IMG/VR virus record: IMGVR_UViG_3300021256_000066
Location: 65,507-129,506 of that record
Length of the DNA stretch: 64,000 nt
Strand: one strand, 5' to 3'
Source of the DNA: a virus
Taxonomy: Duplodnaviria > Caudoviricetes
Under the pieces are notes generated by a model, which did no database searches, had not been told where the DNA came from, and was given only the letters and a program-made list of their open reading frames with translations. Made by a program: the position numbers and the translations under genes. Positions 54,828 through 64,000 of this stretch are shown here, in pieces (position 1 is the stretch's first letter; each line of letters starts with the position of its first letter).

Positions 54828-57539
54828 ATGAGAAGCCATTTGGAACTGAAGATTGACGGGCAGTGGCAGGCGCTGAAGCCCGACCAGAAACTGAGCATCG
54901 AGGAACCGTCGCCGCTGTGGAACGACACGCCGATGTTCTCGCAGCCGTTCACGCTGCCCTTCCGCTCGAACAGGGCGCTGCTGGGCAATGCCGACGACCC
55001 GAACAGCGACCTGCGGGCAACGGACTTCGACCGCAAGCAGGCACTGATATATGCCGAGGGCATCCCCTTCCGCTCGGCGGTGACGCAGGTGCAGGAGGGA
55101 GAGGTGATGGCCGACGAGCTGGCTATCAACCTCGACGCATCGACGCGCTCGTTCGACGACCTGATAGGCGACCTGAAGTGCCAGGACATCCCGATGAAAG
55201 ACCGCATACAGGTGGGAGAGAAGATCGGCAACGTGCATGTGGAGGTGAAGTACGACTACAGGATTACCGTCACCTATGAGGGCAAAAAGGGCGACGAGGA
55301 ATACTCCTACGACAAGGACGAGGCGAAGGCCGACTTCGAGCCTAACGTGACGGGATTCAGCTATCCGGGCCTGTGCCAGGTGACGGGCACGAAGCAGGTG
55401 GCGGTGATGAAGACCGAGAAGGTATATCCCAAGGGCGAGAAGGTAAAGGTGCCCAAGGAGAAGTACGGCTACCAGAACTCGACCTTTATCAACGTGACCG
55501 ATGCCTACGGCGAGAACAGCGACCACTGGGGCGAGGGCGGTGCGAAATACTGCAATGCCCGCGTAGCCTACTTGCATAAAGGACTGAACGAGGACGGCAC
55601 ATCGTCTGACGACGTGATCAGTCTGAAGGAATACAACCAGCAGGTGGGCGACCAGTACGAGAGCGTCTATCCCTACTGGGTGCTCGATGCCGACCGCCCC
55701 GCCAGCGGACTCTGCTTCTACGTGCTCTACTTCCTCGACTGCCTGTTCGCCTACCTCGACGTGGAGTTCGACAAGACGGCTTTGCTGGCCGTAGAGGACC
55801 TGAAGCACCTCTGCTTCTTCACCACCCACGTGCGCTATGACACCGAGGAGGTGGCGGGCTATCCGACGCTCACCACGATAGACGATGTGAACAAATGGCT
55901 GGAGAGCCGTGGCTGCGACGGCAGGCTGAAGATGGACGATCCCGAGCCGAAGTCGATACAGGAGTTCAAATATGACGTGAACCACAGCGGTCACTTACAG
56001 ACGGTGAAAGTCGGACAGAACGAGGTGGCCAGCATCAAGACCGAGGTGACGTCGATGCGCATCAAGGCGTTCAGTGCGAAGATCCTGGCGATGATAGCCA
56101 ACTCAGACAACTTCCCCGACGAGAGTGTGAAGACCATCCTCGACTCGCTGGAGGCATCGTTCGGCATCCGCTTCGACTACGACTACGAGCGCCACAAGGT
56201 GACGGCCTATCTGCTGCGAGACGTGCTGCGGAGCCAGGAAGAACCCGTCACGTTCAACGGCAAGGTGCGCCGCATGGAGAAGGTGGCCGAGAAGATTACG
56301 GGCTTCCGCATGAAGTATTCCGCCGAGAGTACGCCCAAGGAGCAGGAGCAGTATATCCGCCGTCAGAAGCGCGACTACGACACCGACTTCGACTACCGCG
56401 AATACCCCGAGGGCCGCGTCGTCATCGACAAGACCTACGAGGACATAGCTACCACCACGGGTGCCAATAATACGAATGTATATGTCGATCTGACCACGGG
56501 CGACGCCTTCAGGTTCAAGGTGAACAAGGAGACGGGCAACGACCCGCGCCTGTTCGAGGTCGGTCAGTTCAAGGGCGTAGAGGTGGGCGACTGTTCGGTG
56601 GAAGCCGAGGAGGACGATACCATCCGCGAGTACGTCTCGGACTTCCAGCCGATGTCGTTCAACGACGTGAACGCCTACAACCGCATCTCGGCCAACTCGA
56701 AGAAGCAGGTGGATGTGGAGAAAGGCGGCAAGGTATATACCTTCTCAAACTTCAAGAGCGGCGACCAGCCGATGCTCGTGGCCTATATCGACGAGGACAT
56801 GGAGCATGAGTTCGTGGAGCATAAGATCAACAACCCGCTGTCGGCGATACTGACCGACATCTACTGCAGCGAGGTGATGAGTGGCATCGAGAGCTACGAC
56901 CCGAGCGACACCGACGAGGGCGAGTCGCCCCTGCAGACCTACGACTGGGGCCTGGCGGTGGCGATGATGCGCGGCGGCGGCACCGATATGGAGATACAGC
57001 GCTACGACCCCGGCTACGACGGCTGCGGCAACGACAAGTGGCGCACCGTGGCAGGCGAGTATGCGCTGACCACCGACACGATGGACGCGATGGGCAACGT
57101 GTTCGATTATAACGGAACCCACGAGGGCATCGGCGATGGCGAGCGGTTCTCGCTGAAGATCACGGGCTACCGCCCCTTCCGCTACAAGTATGTCGGCGGT
57201 CAGCTCAGAATCAGCACCAACCCGAAGGAGTGGGGCGACCCGTCGTGGCTCGTGCCCTGCGACAGCGACGTGGAAGACCCGCAGCACCGCATTCAGGAGA
57301 AGATACGCTCGCGCGGACTCTATGACTCGTTCATGAGCGAGCTCGCCCATTTCCTCTTGAACCGCAAGCCCTACAAGGTGTATGTCGATTGCACCGTGGC
57401 CGAGCTGATGGACATCCCGAACCACTGGAAGCGTCGCTGGCGCTTCGGCGACAAGGTGGGCTACATCAACAAGGTGAACTACGATCTCTCGGTGGAGGAA
57501 GCCCTCACCGAGGCCGTCATCGAGTTCTACGCATTGTAA
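54828..57539 (+). CDS. Putative tail/baseplate protein (903 aa)
   Basis: LSIEEPSPLWN...FSQPFTLP N-terminus, acidic composition, gene position. Confidence 0.65.
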   Translation: MRSHLELKIDGQWQALKPDQKLSIEEPSPLWNDTPMFSQPFTLPFRSNRALLGNADDPNSDLRATDFDRKQALIYAEGIPFRSAVTQVQEGEVMADELAINLDASTRSFDDLIGDLKCQDIPMKDRIQVGEKIGNVHVEVKYDYRITVTYEGKKGDEEYSYDKDEAKADFEPNVTGFSYPGLCQVTGTKQVAVMKTEKVYPKGEKVKVPKEKYGYQNSTFINVTDAYGENSDHWGEGGAKYCNARVAYLHKGLNEDGTSSDDVISLKEYNQQVGDQYESVYPYWVLDADRPASGLCFYVLYFLDCLFAYLDVEFDKTALLAVEDLKHLCFFTTHVRYDTEEVAGYPTLTTIDDVNKWLESRGCDGRLKMDDPEPKSIQEFKYDVNHSGHLQTVKVGQNEVASIKTEVTSMRIKAFSAKILAMIANSDNFPDESVKTILDSLEASFGIRFDYDYERHKVTAYLLRDVLRSQEEPVTFNGKVRRMEKVAEKITGFRMKYSAESTPKEQEQYIRRQKRDYDTDFDYREYPEGRVVIDKTYEDIATTTGANNTNVYVDLTTGDAFRFKVNKETGNDPRLFEVGQFKGVEVGDCSVEAEEDDTIREYVSDFQPMSFNDVNAYNRISANSKKQVDVEKGGKVYTFSNFKSGDQPMLVAYIDEDMEHEFVEHKINNPLSAILTDIYCSEVMSGIESYDPSDTDEGESPLQTYDWGLAVAMMRGGGTDMEIQRYDPGYDGCGNDKWRTVAGEYALTTDTMDAMGNVFDYNGTHEGIGDGERFSLKITGYRPFRYKYVGGQLRISTNPKEWGDPSWLVPCDSDVEDPQHRIQEKIRSRGLYDSFMSELAHFLLNRKPYKVYVDCTVAELMDIPNHWKRRWRFGDKVGYINKVNYDLSVEEALTEAVIEFYAL

Positions 57540-57561
57540 CACACAAAAACATCAAGATATC

Positions 57562-58605
57562 ATGGCATCGAACTTACAACTTATCAGCGGTTCGCCGCTT
57601 ATCGGTTCGCCGATAGTCTATCAGGTGAAGGCAGGCTCGCCCGTGGGCGACGTCACCTTCCAGCGCGTGAAGCTCTACGTGTCGGCAGGACTGTCCACCG
57701 ACGGTGTGATGCGCCGCTACCCGCTGTCGCAGCCTGCCCAGAAGGGTGAGACGGTCAGGATCGACATCTCGTCGGCACTGCAGGCCGCCGCCGACAGGTA
57801 TGAATATTCAGCCGAGCCGCCCACCTATTACCCCTATGTCGAGTTCACGCTTGAAGCCTGCGACGAGTACATGCAGAACGGTCAGAACTCGGGCGACGTG
57901 GGTATCGTGACCAACCCCGGGGGCCGTGCGCTGATGGGCAGCTTCTCAGACTTGGAGCGGTTGCGGGCGCAGCAGGCAGGTCGCAATACCACGAAGTTCT
58001 CGCGTAAGCCCAACGGACAGGCATCGGTGGAGATAGTGACAGTGGGAGAGACCTACCTGCGGGCAGAGCCGATGAGCATGGGCATCGCCACCATCCAGAA
58101 CGGCCCGCGCATGAGTCAGTTCGCCATCGCTGGTGAGGGGCTGCACACGCTGTCGGTAGGCAGCGAGAGCATCAAGGTGTATGCCGTGCCCGATTCGCCC
58201 GACCGCTACTGGCTGCGGTTCGTCAACGGCCTGGGCGTGGTCGAGTCCGTCAGCGTCGCATCGCTCGTCAGCGAGGAAGTCAATTATAAAGTGTCGGAAT
58301 ACGTCGTGGCGCGTCAGGAGCTGTTCAATCAGGTGAGCCGTGGTGCGGTCATCAAGCAGAACGACCAGGAGCGGCTGAAACTCTCCAGCGGTCCGATAGA
58401 CCGCCTGTGGCAGCAGTGGTATCTCCATGAGCTGCTGCCGACCCCAGCGGCATGGATATGGATCGACGGGCTGTGGATTCCCTGCCACATCGTGCCCGAG
58501 GAGACCGTGAGCGGCATCAGCCGTGCCGACGGCAAGCTGCTGGAGGTGCAGTTCACCGTGCGTCTCGACATCAGCGGCTCGCCCTATGCGGCACTCGCCA
58601 TCTGA
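57562..58605 (+). CDS. Putative tail-associated structural protein
   Basis: LRFVNGLGVVESV...LSSG...WYLHELL; lies between tail genes. Confidence 0.6.
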   Translation: MASNLQLISGSPLIGSPIVYQVKAGSPVGDVTFQRVKLYVSAGLSTDGVMRRYPLSQPAQKGETVRIDISSALQAAADRYEYSAEPPTYYPYVEFTLEACDEYMQNGQNSGDVGIVTNPGGRALMGSFSDLERLRAQQAGRNTTKFSRKPNGQASVEIVTVGETYLRAEPMSMGIATIQNGPRMSQFAIAGEGLHTLSVGSESIKVYAVPDSPDRYWLRFVNGLGVVESVSVASLVSEEVNYKVSEYVVARQELFNQVSRGAVIKQNDQERLKLSSGPIDRLWQQWYLHELLPTPAAWIWIDGLWIPCHIVPEETVSGISRADGKLLEVQFTVRLDISGSPYAALAI

Positions 58606-58610
58606 GGTTA

Positions 58611-58644
58611 GTCCCAAAACGAAGCGGCGAAACGCTAACTTTGC
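58611..58644 (+). promoter_or_regulatory. Putative late promoter GTCCCA-N19-TAACTTTGC
   Basis: TAnnTTTG at 58636-58643. Confidence 0.55.
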
Positions 58645-58662
58645 CGAAAAACAGAAAAGACA

Positions 58663-61600
58663 ATGACGGAAGCCAAGCCACAGAACTACTGGATCAGTCC
58701 GACCGCACTGAAGATTACGCTCAATGCGCTGTCGGATGCCGACTATATGCAGGCCAGTGCTGCCAGCGGGGCGATGATTATGTGCTATATGCGCGGCATC
58801 GACGGACTGGAGTACGACCACGGCCACAACTACAAGCGCTGGCCGCTGAAGATATCGCCGACCTACTTCACCACGACCACGAGGAAGTATGTGTATATCC
58901 GCATACCGAAGCCCGCCGCCGACTTGGCCGATGTGGACGCCGACACGGCACTGGTGGTCTATCCCTCTGAGCGCGTCGATATCTACGGCATGACCGAGGA
59001 CGGACGGCAGCTGCTCGACGCATCCTTTTATTATATATACACGCAAGGTATCATCTCCGCGTCGGAGCCCACCGCCGAGGGACTGCGCCGCCGATGGGAA
59101 CAGGACATCGTGACCGGCACGCTGGCCAGCGACGAGGCCACCGAGGGGGGCGGCACGGGCGAGTGGTGGCGCTACGACCCCATCACCGACATGGTGACGT
59201 TCCTGAAGACCATCGCCTCGGCTACCTTCGAGTATCTGAAGGCCGCACAGGCCGAGATACACCACCTGAATGTGACGGGTATCTTCGATGCCGTAAAGGG
59301 CTATATCGACGACCTCAGAAGCCACAACTACCAGTCGGGACTGCTCGACGGCAGTGGTTTCCGTCTGACCAACGACAACGGCGAGGGCGCCTCGGAGCTG
59401 GAGGTGGACTTGCTGAAGGTGAGGAAGAAGGCCACGTTCATGGAGCTTGAGATCCGCGAGGAGACGTTCGTCGGCGGCAACCAGCACTACTCGCCTGCCG
59501 GTTCGACCATCTACCGCGTGGAGTATATGGATGAGAACGATCAAGCCATCGGCTATACCGTGATGAAGGTGCCCTTCCTGCTGAAGCGGTTCGCCTTCCT
59601 TGGCAGGATGTTTAACTATGCCGCCCGCAAGCGCATCCGTCGCCAGCTGTCATCCGAAGAGTGGCGGCAGGTACACCATTTCCGCTGCTACCTGCTCGCC
59701 GACGATGGCACCACAGCCACCCGCAACTGGTGGAAGGTGGGCGACCAGCCGCGCTGTCAGACCTTCAACAAGGCGGTATCGGCACAGAACAAGCGCGACA
59801 ACCTGTATAACTGGAAGCGCGACCATACGGGCGACGACCCTTCGACGCCGATGCCCGACTACACCACCATCGAGGGACCGTTTGAGACCGCATACTACTG
59901 GCGCCTGTGCTCGAATGTCGGCAGCGAGAAGCTCGACGATGGGCATGCCTACGACTTCATCGACATGCCATACGAGGGGTGGCCGGGCTACTCGGAGACC
60001 GACAAGCGCTCTTTCCGTGATGCAGGCTCCGGCATTCCCGTGGCGGGCGACACCATCGTCTGCATGGGCAACCGCACCGACCCGGAGCGTATGAACATGA
60101 TTTCGCTCTATACCAGCGGCAACGACAACAACCCGCCTGCCATCAAGGGCTACCGGGGCATTCACACGTTCAAGATTAATCCCGAGAACAAGGTGTTCGA
60201 GATCTCGCCAAACGAGTTTCTCGTCCGTTCTCGCATGTTCAAGCTGCTCGATGACTCAGACTATGAGTTCCCCGTGCCTCTCGAACGTGGCGAGTGGCAG
60301 CAGGGTGTGCGCTACCACTGGTATGACCGCGTGTCGTGGAAAGGCTCTATCTGGCTCTGTCAAGTACTCGATGACTATCTGTGGGAGGATGCCGCCGGCA
60401 ACAACTACGAGGGAAGCAGCGTCACGGACATCGAATACGGTGAGGGCGAGTTTGAGTATGCCACTGGCAAGACCGACCACTACTACCGCACAGGCCGCGT
60501 GAACGGCACTCAGGTGTATTACATCAGATATTATACCACCTCGGAGCCCGACCGCAACAACGAGCTGTGGCTGCGCGAGGTCAGCAAGGGCACCGAGATC
60601 GTGAGCAGCGAGATACACTATGCTGCCTCGCTCGACGGCGTGAACCATCCAGATGACGAGGACACGGGCGGCATCGACCCGTCAACGGTCGTCGTGCCCG
60701 ACGCGATGAAGTCGCAGACCACGGCGCTGTTGTCATCGTTTGCCCAGGCACTGGCTCCGACGGCGGTGCCAGTCGCGGGTTCGGCCACCCACGAGTACCT
60801 GTCGAAGCTCTACTACGAGGCACGGAGCCAGTATTACGACGGCACGTCTCCCTACGGACTGCCGCTGCTGTTCAGAAAAGAACTCTTCCCGTCGCTGACG
60901 GACTACTACGGTACGGACAGCAACCCCGACGGTGCCTTCAGCGCACTGGCAGGCGTACTCTTCGCGATGGTGCTCTGTGAGCTCCGTCCCGACCTGCACA
61001 ATGCCGTATGGAAGGCCGGCTACAACCTCGGCGGCGACAAGACGACGTTCATCTACAAGTATCGGTTTGAGAGCGACCAGAATATCGCCCGCATGGTGGG
61101 CTCAGTCCTGTGGGCTGCGATGCGTGGCATCATACAACCAGACACCAAGACCATGCAGCGCGAACTTGGCGGCAGCGACCTCGGAATCACCATCCGTGAG
61201 GTCTCTGACCGTCCGTTCGCCGATTACAAGGACACTTATTACATCGACCTGACGCAGTTCATGCCAACGGCACCAGGCCCGTACCTGACAGGCTACACCG
61301 ACCGCAGCAGCATCGGCGGTGTGCCCTACGACGCCTACGACCTGGCCGACCACAACCTTCAGCAGGACCTCGACATCTACAATCTCGTGGTGAGCGACTA
61401 CAACCTCGGTGGCTCGCACCATCAGGAGGTCGTGCAGGCGATTGCCGACAAGGAGATGGCGATGGCCCACCTCTTCGGCAGGAACCGCAGCCAGAACGGC
61501 TACTCGTTCCACCCTGTCTTCGGCACCGACACCATCGGCAAGGAGATTTCCGACAGCGGTGCGACGGCCTCGTTCGTGTCCGACATCGCCAGCATCGGTC

Positions 61601-64000
61601 GCGGCCTGCGCCGCCCGCTTCAGCTCGGTGCCTACTACGGTCGTCGCCGCCCGGGACAGTCGGAGACCGACGGCGTGTCGAAGAGCGGCGCGGCGGGCGT
61701 GCTGATGGACATGACCATCGACAACATCGACGGCAGTCCGTCTGGTTACGGCCGCGAGGGCGACTACAATACCCATGAGGCCAACAGCGTCCCTGCCAAC
61801 TCCTATCCGAGCGGTCACTCAAGTGGCATCTGGGCCGTAGCGCTGATGCTCATAGAGGCGATGCCGCAGAAGGCCGCACTCATCATGAAGGCCGCCAACA
61901 CCTACGCCATGAACCGTCAGATAACGCGCTATCACTGGAACTCCGACACCATTCTCGGACGTGTGGCCGGTGCTACCATCGCCCCGATGATGCGTGCGTC
62001 GTCAGACTGGCCCGTGCTCTTCGCCGCCGCCAAGGCCGAACTCGCCCAGGGCAGCGGCAGTGCGTGGAAGACCACCATTGAAGAGACGGGTATCTCGATG
62101 GGTAAGTATCTCTGGACGCGCACCACCATCCACTACGACGATCCGAACGACCCCGACCGTGAGCCGACACGCGAGTACAGTGTCGCCCGTTGGGGAATCG
62201 ACGGCGACGGCATTGCCGAGATCGACTCGCTCTATCTGGCCACGTCGAACGCGGCGCTGGTCATCGACACGCAGGCCGACACCTATCCGAAGCCGGGCGA
62301 CGCAGGCTGGGAACAGGCTGGAAGCCAAGCCAAGTGGTATGCCACCTTCGGCGATGCGGCTGCTGCCAACGGCGGCGTCGGCGCAATGCAAGGCTGGAAC
62401 GTATGGGAGAAGACCATCATCAAATACGATGCCTACAACACGGACGGCACCAAGAAGACCGTGCCCGACCTCGTAAACTACCGCTGCTCGCGCATCGGGC
62501 AGGACGGACAGATCGGCGAGGAGGAATACTATATGCTGGCCGAGAGCGACGACTTTGCCACCGTGTTCGGCTCGCTGACGCCCGCCTACAGCAGGATAGG
62601 CATCCGCTGGTATAATCAGTCGAACCCTGCCGCAGAGCGCTGGCGTCTCAGCGACACCACGCCGAACATTAACACCCAGATGTGGAGTGCCGTCATGCCT
62701 ACCTATAATAAAGACGTACATGGCAAGAAAGTCTATCTCTGGAACTTCGAGCAGTGTGTCGATGGCACGGGCACGGAGTATGCCACGCGGCCCGTCTGTA
62801 TCGGCAACCATGCCCGTGGCATCAAGGGAGTCATCGAGCTCTATGCCCTGTCGGCAAGCCAGACACCCGTCAGCGCCGAGCGCCCCATCCCTGCCGACAT
62901 CAACGCGAAGAACCAGTGGGGCGTCATCCCGACCAGCGGTTTCAGCGACCCGCAGGTGTGGGGCGACGAGAAGTACGACCGTGCCCCGACCGAGGCGCTG
63001 CCCTATCAGTGGAACTGGACGCGCACGCTCTACTCGTCGAAGGATGCAGAGGGCAAGGACTACGAGGACCACTACCACGTCAGTGCCGTGCGCGGCACCC
63101 GTGGCGAGGACGGTGCAGGCATCGAGTTCATCTACTGCCGTCCGCAGTCGCACAATGCCGACGGCACGCCTATCGCCGTGACCGTGCCAGACCCGAACGT
63201 GAAGAAGGACGCTGGCGGCACCGCCCGCACAGCGGAATACATCAAGACCCACGACGACTTCGTGCCATACCAGTGGACCGACAACCCCGTCGGCATCGAC
63301 TTCCTGCACCAAGTGGAGTACCGTGCCGAGCGCAAGTCGTCGGCAGTCAGTGGCACGGGCGGATTCACCGGTGGTCACGAGTGGGGACTTTTCTCTGCTG
63401 CTGCCGTACACTCGAAGTGGGGCAAGAACGGTCAGGACGGCGACGGCGTGGAGTATGTCTATATCCGCACGGCCACGAAGAGCGCCCCGACCATCACCAA
63501 TTCGAGCGACACCTACGGCGGCAAGACCTACCTCGACGACGACTACCTGCCGCTCAGCAGCGCAGGCCGATGCACCGACGATCCTGTCGGCACCAGCCAC
63601 GACCTGCCCTATGAGTGGGTCTGCAAGCGCACCAAGGCCGCCCCGAATGCCGAGACGGGTGCCCGTCAGTGGGAGAAATATTCTGGCGCAATGGCGCTGT
63701 GGGCGAATTTTTCCGAGAGCATCACGAAGAAGAGCGAGAGCTACCGCTATGCGACGAACAACACCGGCACAAGGCCTGCGGCATCGTCATCCGACTGGAA
63801 GACCACGAAGCCGACGCTGCAGAAAGGCTACTGGCTCTACACCGAGACTACCATCACCTGGAGCGACAACTCGACCACCGTGCTTTACACCGACGAGCGC
63901 AACCCGAACGACGGTGTGGCCGGTCAGGATATCATCGTTGATGGCTCGACAGAGATGAAGTACTACGTGGGCGACTCGAACACGTCGCACCCTGCCGAGT
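58663..64000 (+). CDS. Giant tail fibre/host-specificity protein (>1779 aa, 3'-truncated) with an embedded PAP2 phosphatase domain
   Basis: No stop seen from ATG 58663 to the window end, hence absent from the ORF track; ELEVDLLKVRKKATFMELEI, GKYLWTRTTIHY / GYWLYTETTITW repeats, GxDG collagen-like joints; PAP2 motifs at ~61636-61947. Confidence 0.85.
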   Translation, partial: MTEAKPQNYWISPTALKITLNALSDADYMQASAASGAMIMCYMRGIDGLEYDHGHNYKRWPLKISPTYFTTTTRKYVYIRIPKPAADLADVDADTALVVYPSERVDIYGMTEDGRQLLDASFYYIYTQGIISASEPTAEGLRRRWEQDIVTGTLASDEATEGGGTGEWWRYDPITDMVTFLKTIASATFEYLKAAQAEIHHLNVTGIFDAVKGYIDDLRSHNYQSGLLDGSGFRLTNDNGEGASELEVDLLKVRKKATFMELEIREETFVGGNQHYSPAGSTIYRVEYMDENDQAIGYTVMKVPFLLKRFAFLGRMFNYAARKRIRRQLSSEEWRQVHHFRCYLLADDGTTATRNWWKVGDQPRCQTFNKAVSAQNKRDNLYNWKRDHTGDDPSTPMPDYTTIEGPFETAYYWRLCSNVGSEKLDDGHAYDFIDMPYEGWPGYSETDKRSFRDAGSGIPVAGDTIVCMGNRTDPERMNMISLYTSGNDNNPPAIKGYRGIHTFKINPENKVFEISPNEFLVRSRMFKLLDDSDYEFPVPLERGEWQQGVRYHWYDRVSWKGSIWLCQVLDDYLWEDAAGNNYEGSSVTDIEYGEGEFEYATGKTDHYYRTGRVNGTQVYYIRYYTTSEPDRNNELWLREVSKGTEIVSSEIHYAASLDGVNHPDDEDTGGIDPSTVVVPDAMKSQTTALLSSFAQALAPTAVPVAGSATHEYLSKLYYEARSQYYDGTSPYGLPLLFRKELFPSLTDYYGTDSNPDGAFSALAGVLFAMVLCELRPDLHNAVWKAGYNLGGDKTTFIYKYRFESDQNIARMVGSVLWAAMRGIIQPDTKTMQRELGGSDLGITIREVSDRPFADYKDTYYIDLTQFMPTAPGPYLTGYTDRSSIGGVPYDAYDLADHNLQQDLDIYNLVVSDYNLGGSHHQEVVQAIADKEMAMAHLFGRNRSQNGYSFHPVFGTDTIGKEISDSGATASFVSDIASIGRGLRRPLQLGAYYGRRRPGQSETDGVSKSGAAGVLMDMTIDNIDGSPSGYGREGDYNTHEANSVPANSYPSGHSSGIWAVALMLIEAMPQKAALIMKAANTYAMNRQITRYHWNSDTILGRVAGATIAPMMRASSDWPVLFAAAKAELAQGSGSAWKTTIEETGISMGKYLWTRTTIHYDDPNDPDREPTREYSVARWGIDGDGIAEIDSLYLATSNAALVIDTQADTYPKPGDAGWEQAGSQAKWYATFGDAAAANGGVGAMQGWNVWEKTIIKYDAYNTDGTKKTVPDLVNYRCSRIGQDGQIGEEEYYMLAESDDFATVFGSLTPAYSRIGIRWYNQSNPAAERWRLSDTTPNINTQMWSAVMPTYNKDVHGKKVYLWNFEQCVDGTGTEYATRPVCIGNHARGIKGVIELYALSASQTPVSAERPIPADINAKNQWGVIPTSGFSDPQVWGDEKYDRAPTEALPYQWNWTRTLYSSKDAEGKDYEDHYHVSAVRGTRGEDGAGIEFIYCRPQSHNADGTPIAVTVPDPNVKKDAGGTARTAEYIKTHDDFVPYQWTDNPVGIDFLHQVEYRAERKSSAVSGTGGFTGGHEWGLFSAAAVHSKWGKNGQDGDGVEYVYIRTATKSAPTITNSSDTYGGKTYLDDDYLPLSSAGRCTDDPVGTSHDLPYEWVCKRTKAAPNAETGARQWEKYSGAMALWANFSESITKKSESYRYATNNTGTRPAASSSDWKTTKPTLQKGYWLYTETTITWSDNSTTVLYTDERNPNDGVAGQDIIVDGSTEMKYYVGDSNTSHPAE

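Noticed and set aside
54225-63600. Long minus-strand ORFs (54225-55994, 57946-59544, 62002-63600 and similar ones elsewhere)
   Set aside because: They are antisense shadows of GC3-rich plus-strand genes with no recognisable motifs.

Overview
This window is 64 kb of a temperate tailed-phage genome from a Bacteroidales host, probably Prevotella-like. The host call rests on TAnnTTTG promoters, AT-rich leaders, a DUF4494-like gene and a Bacteroidales-type Rep_3. Almost all genes are on the + strand. Order: plasmid-type ParA/RHH partition module, iterons and Rep_3 initiator; candidate u-spanin; HNH; a DNA cytosine-5 methyltransferase locus; tyrosine integrase with an intact attP (3' half of tRNA-Arg-CCG); repressor/cro switch; a membrane-anchored PAP2-type phosphatase; a long run of small early genes; an initiator/DnaC-like replication module and beta clamp; and the start of the tail module, which runs off the window end. 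The main finding is at 4442-8202. A circularly permuted C5-MTase core that lacks its own TRD is flanked by 14 tiny, translationally coupled TRD-like ORFs. Twelve carry G7-8 or C8 tracts (6 in frame, 6 frameshifted), and most are joined by an 11-bp junction motif. This looks like a combinatorial, phase-variable, split multispecific methyltransferase. The second finding is a complete PAP2/class A acid-phosphatase domain inserted into the giant tail protein, with a paralogous free membrane-anchored copy near the lysogeny switch. All translations and counts were done by hand and no database searches were run.
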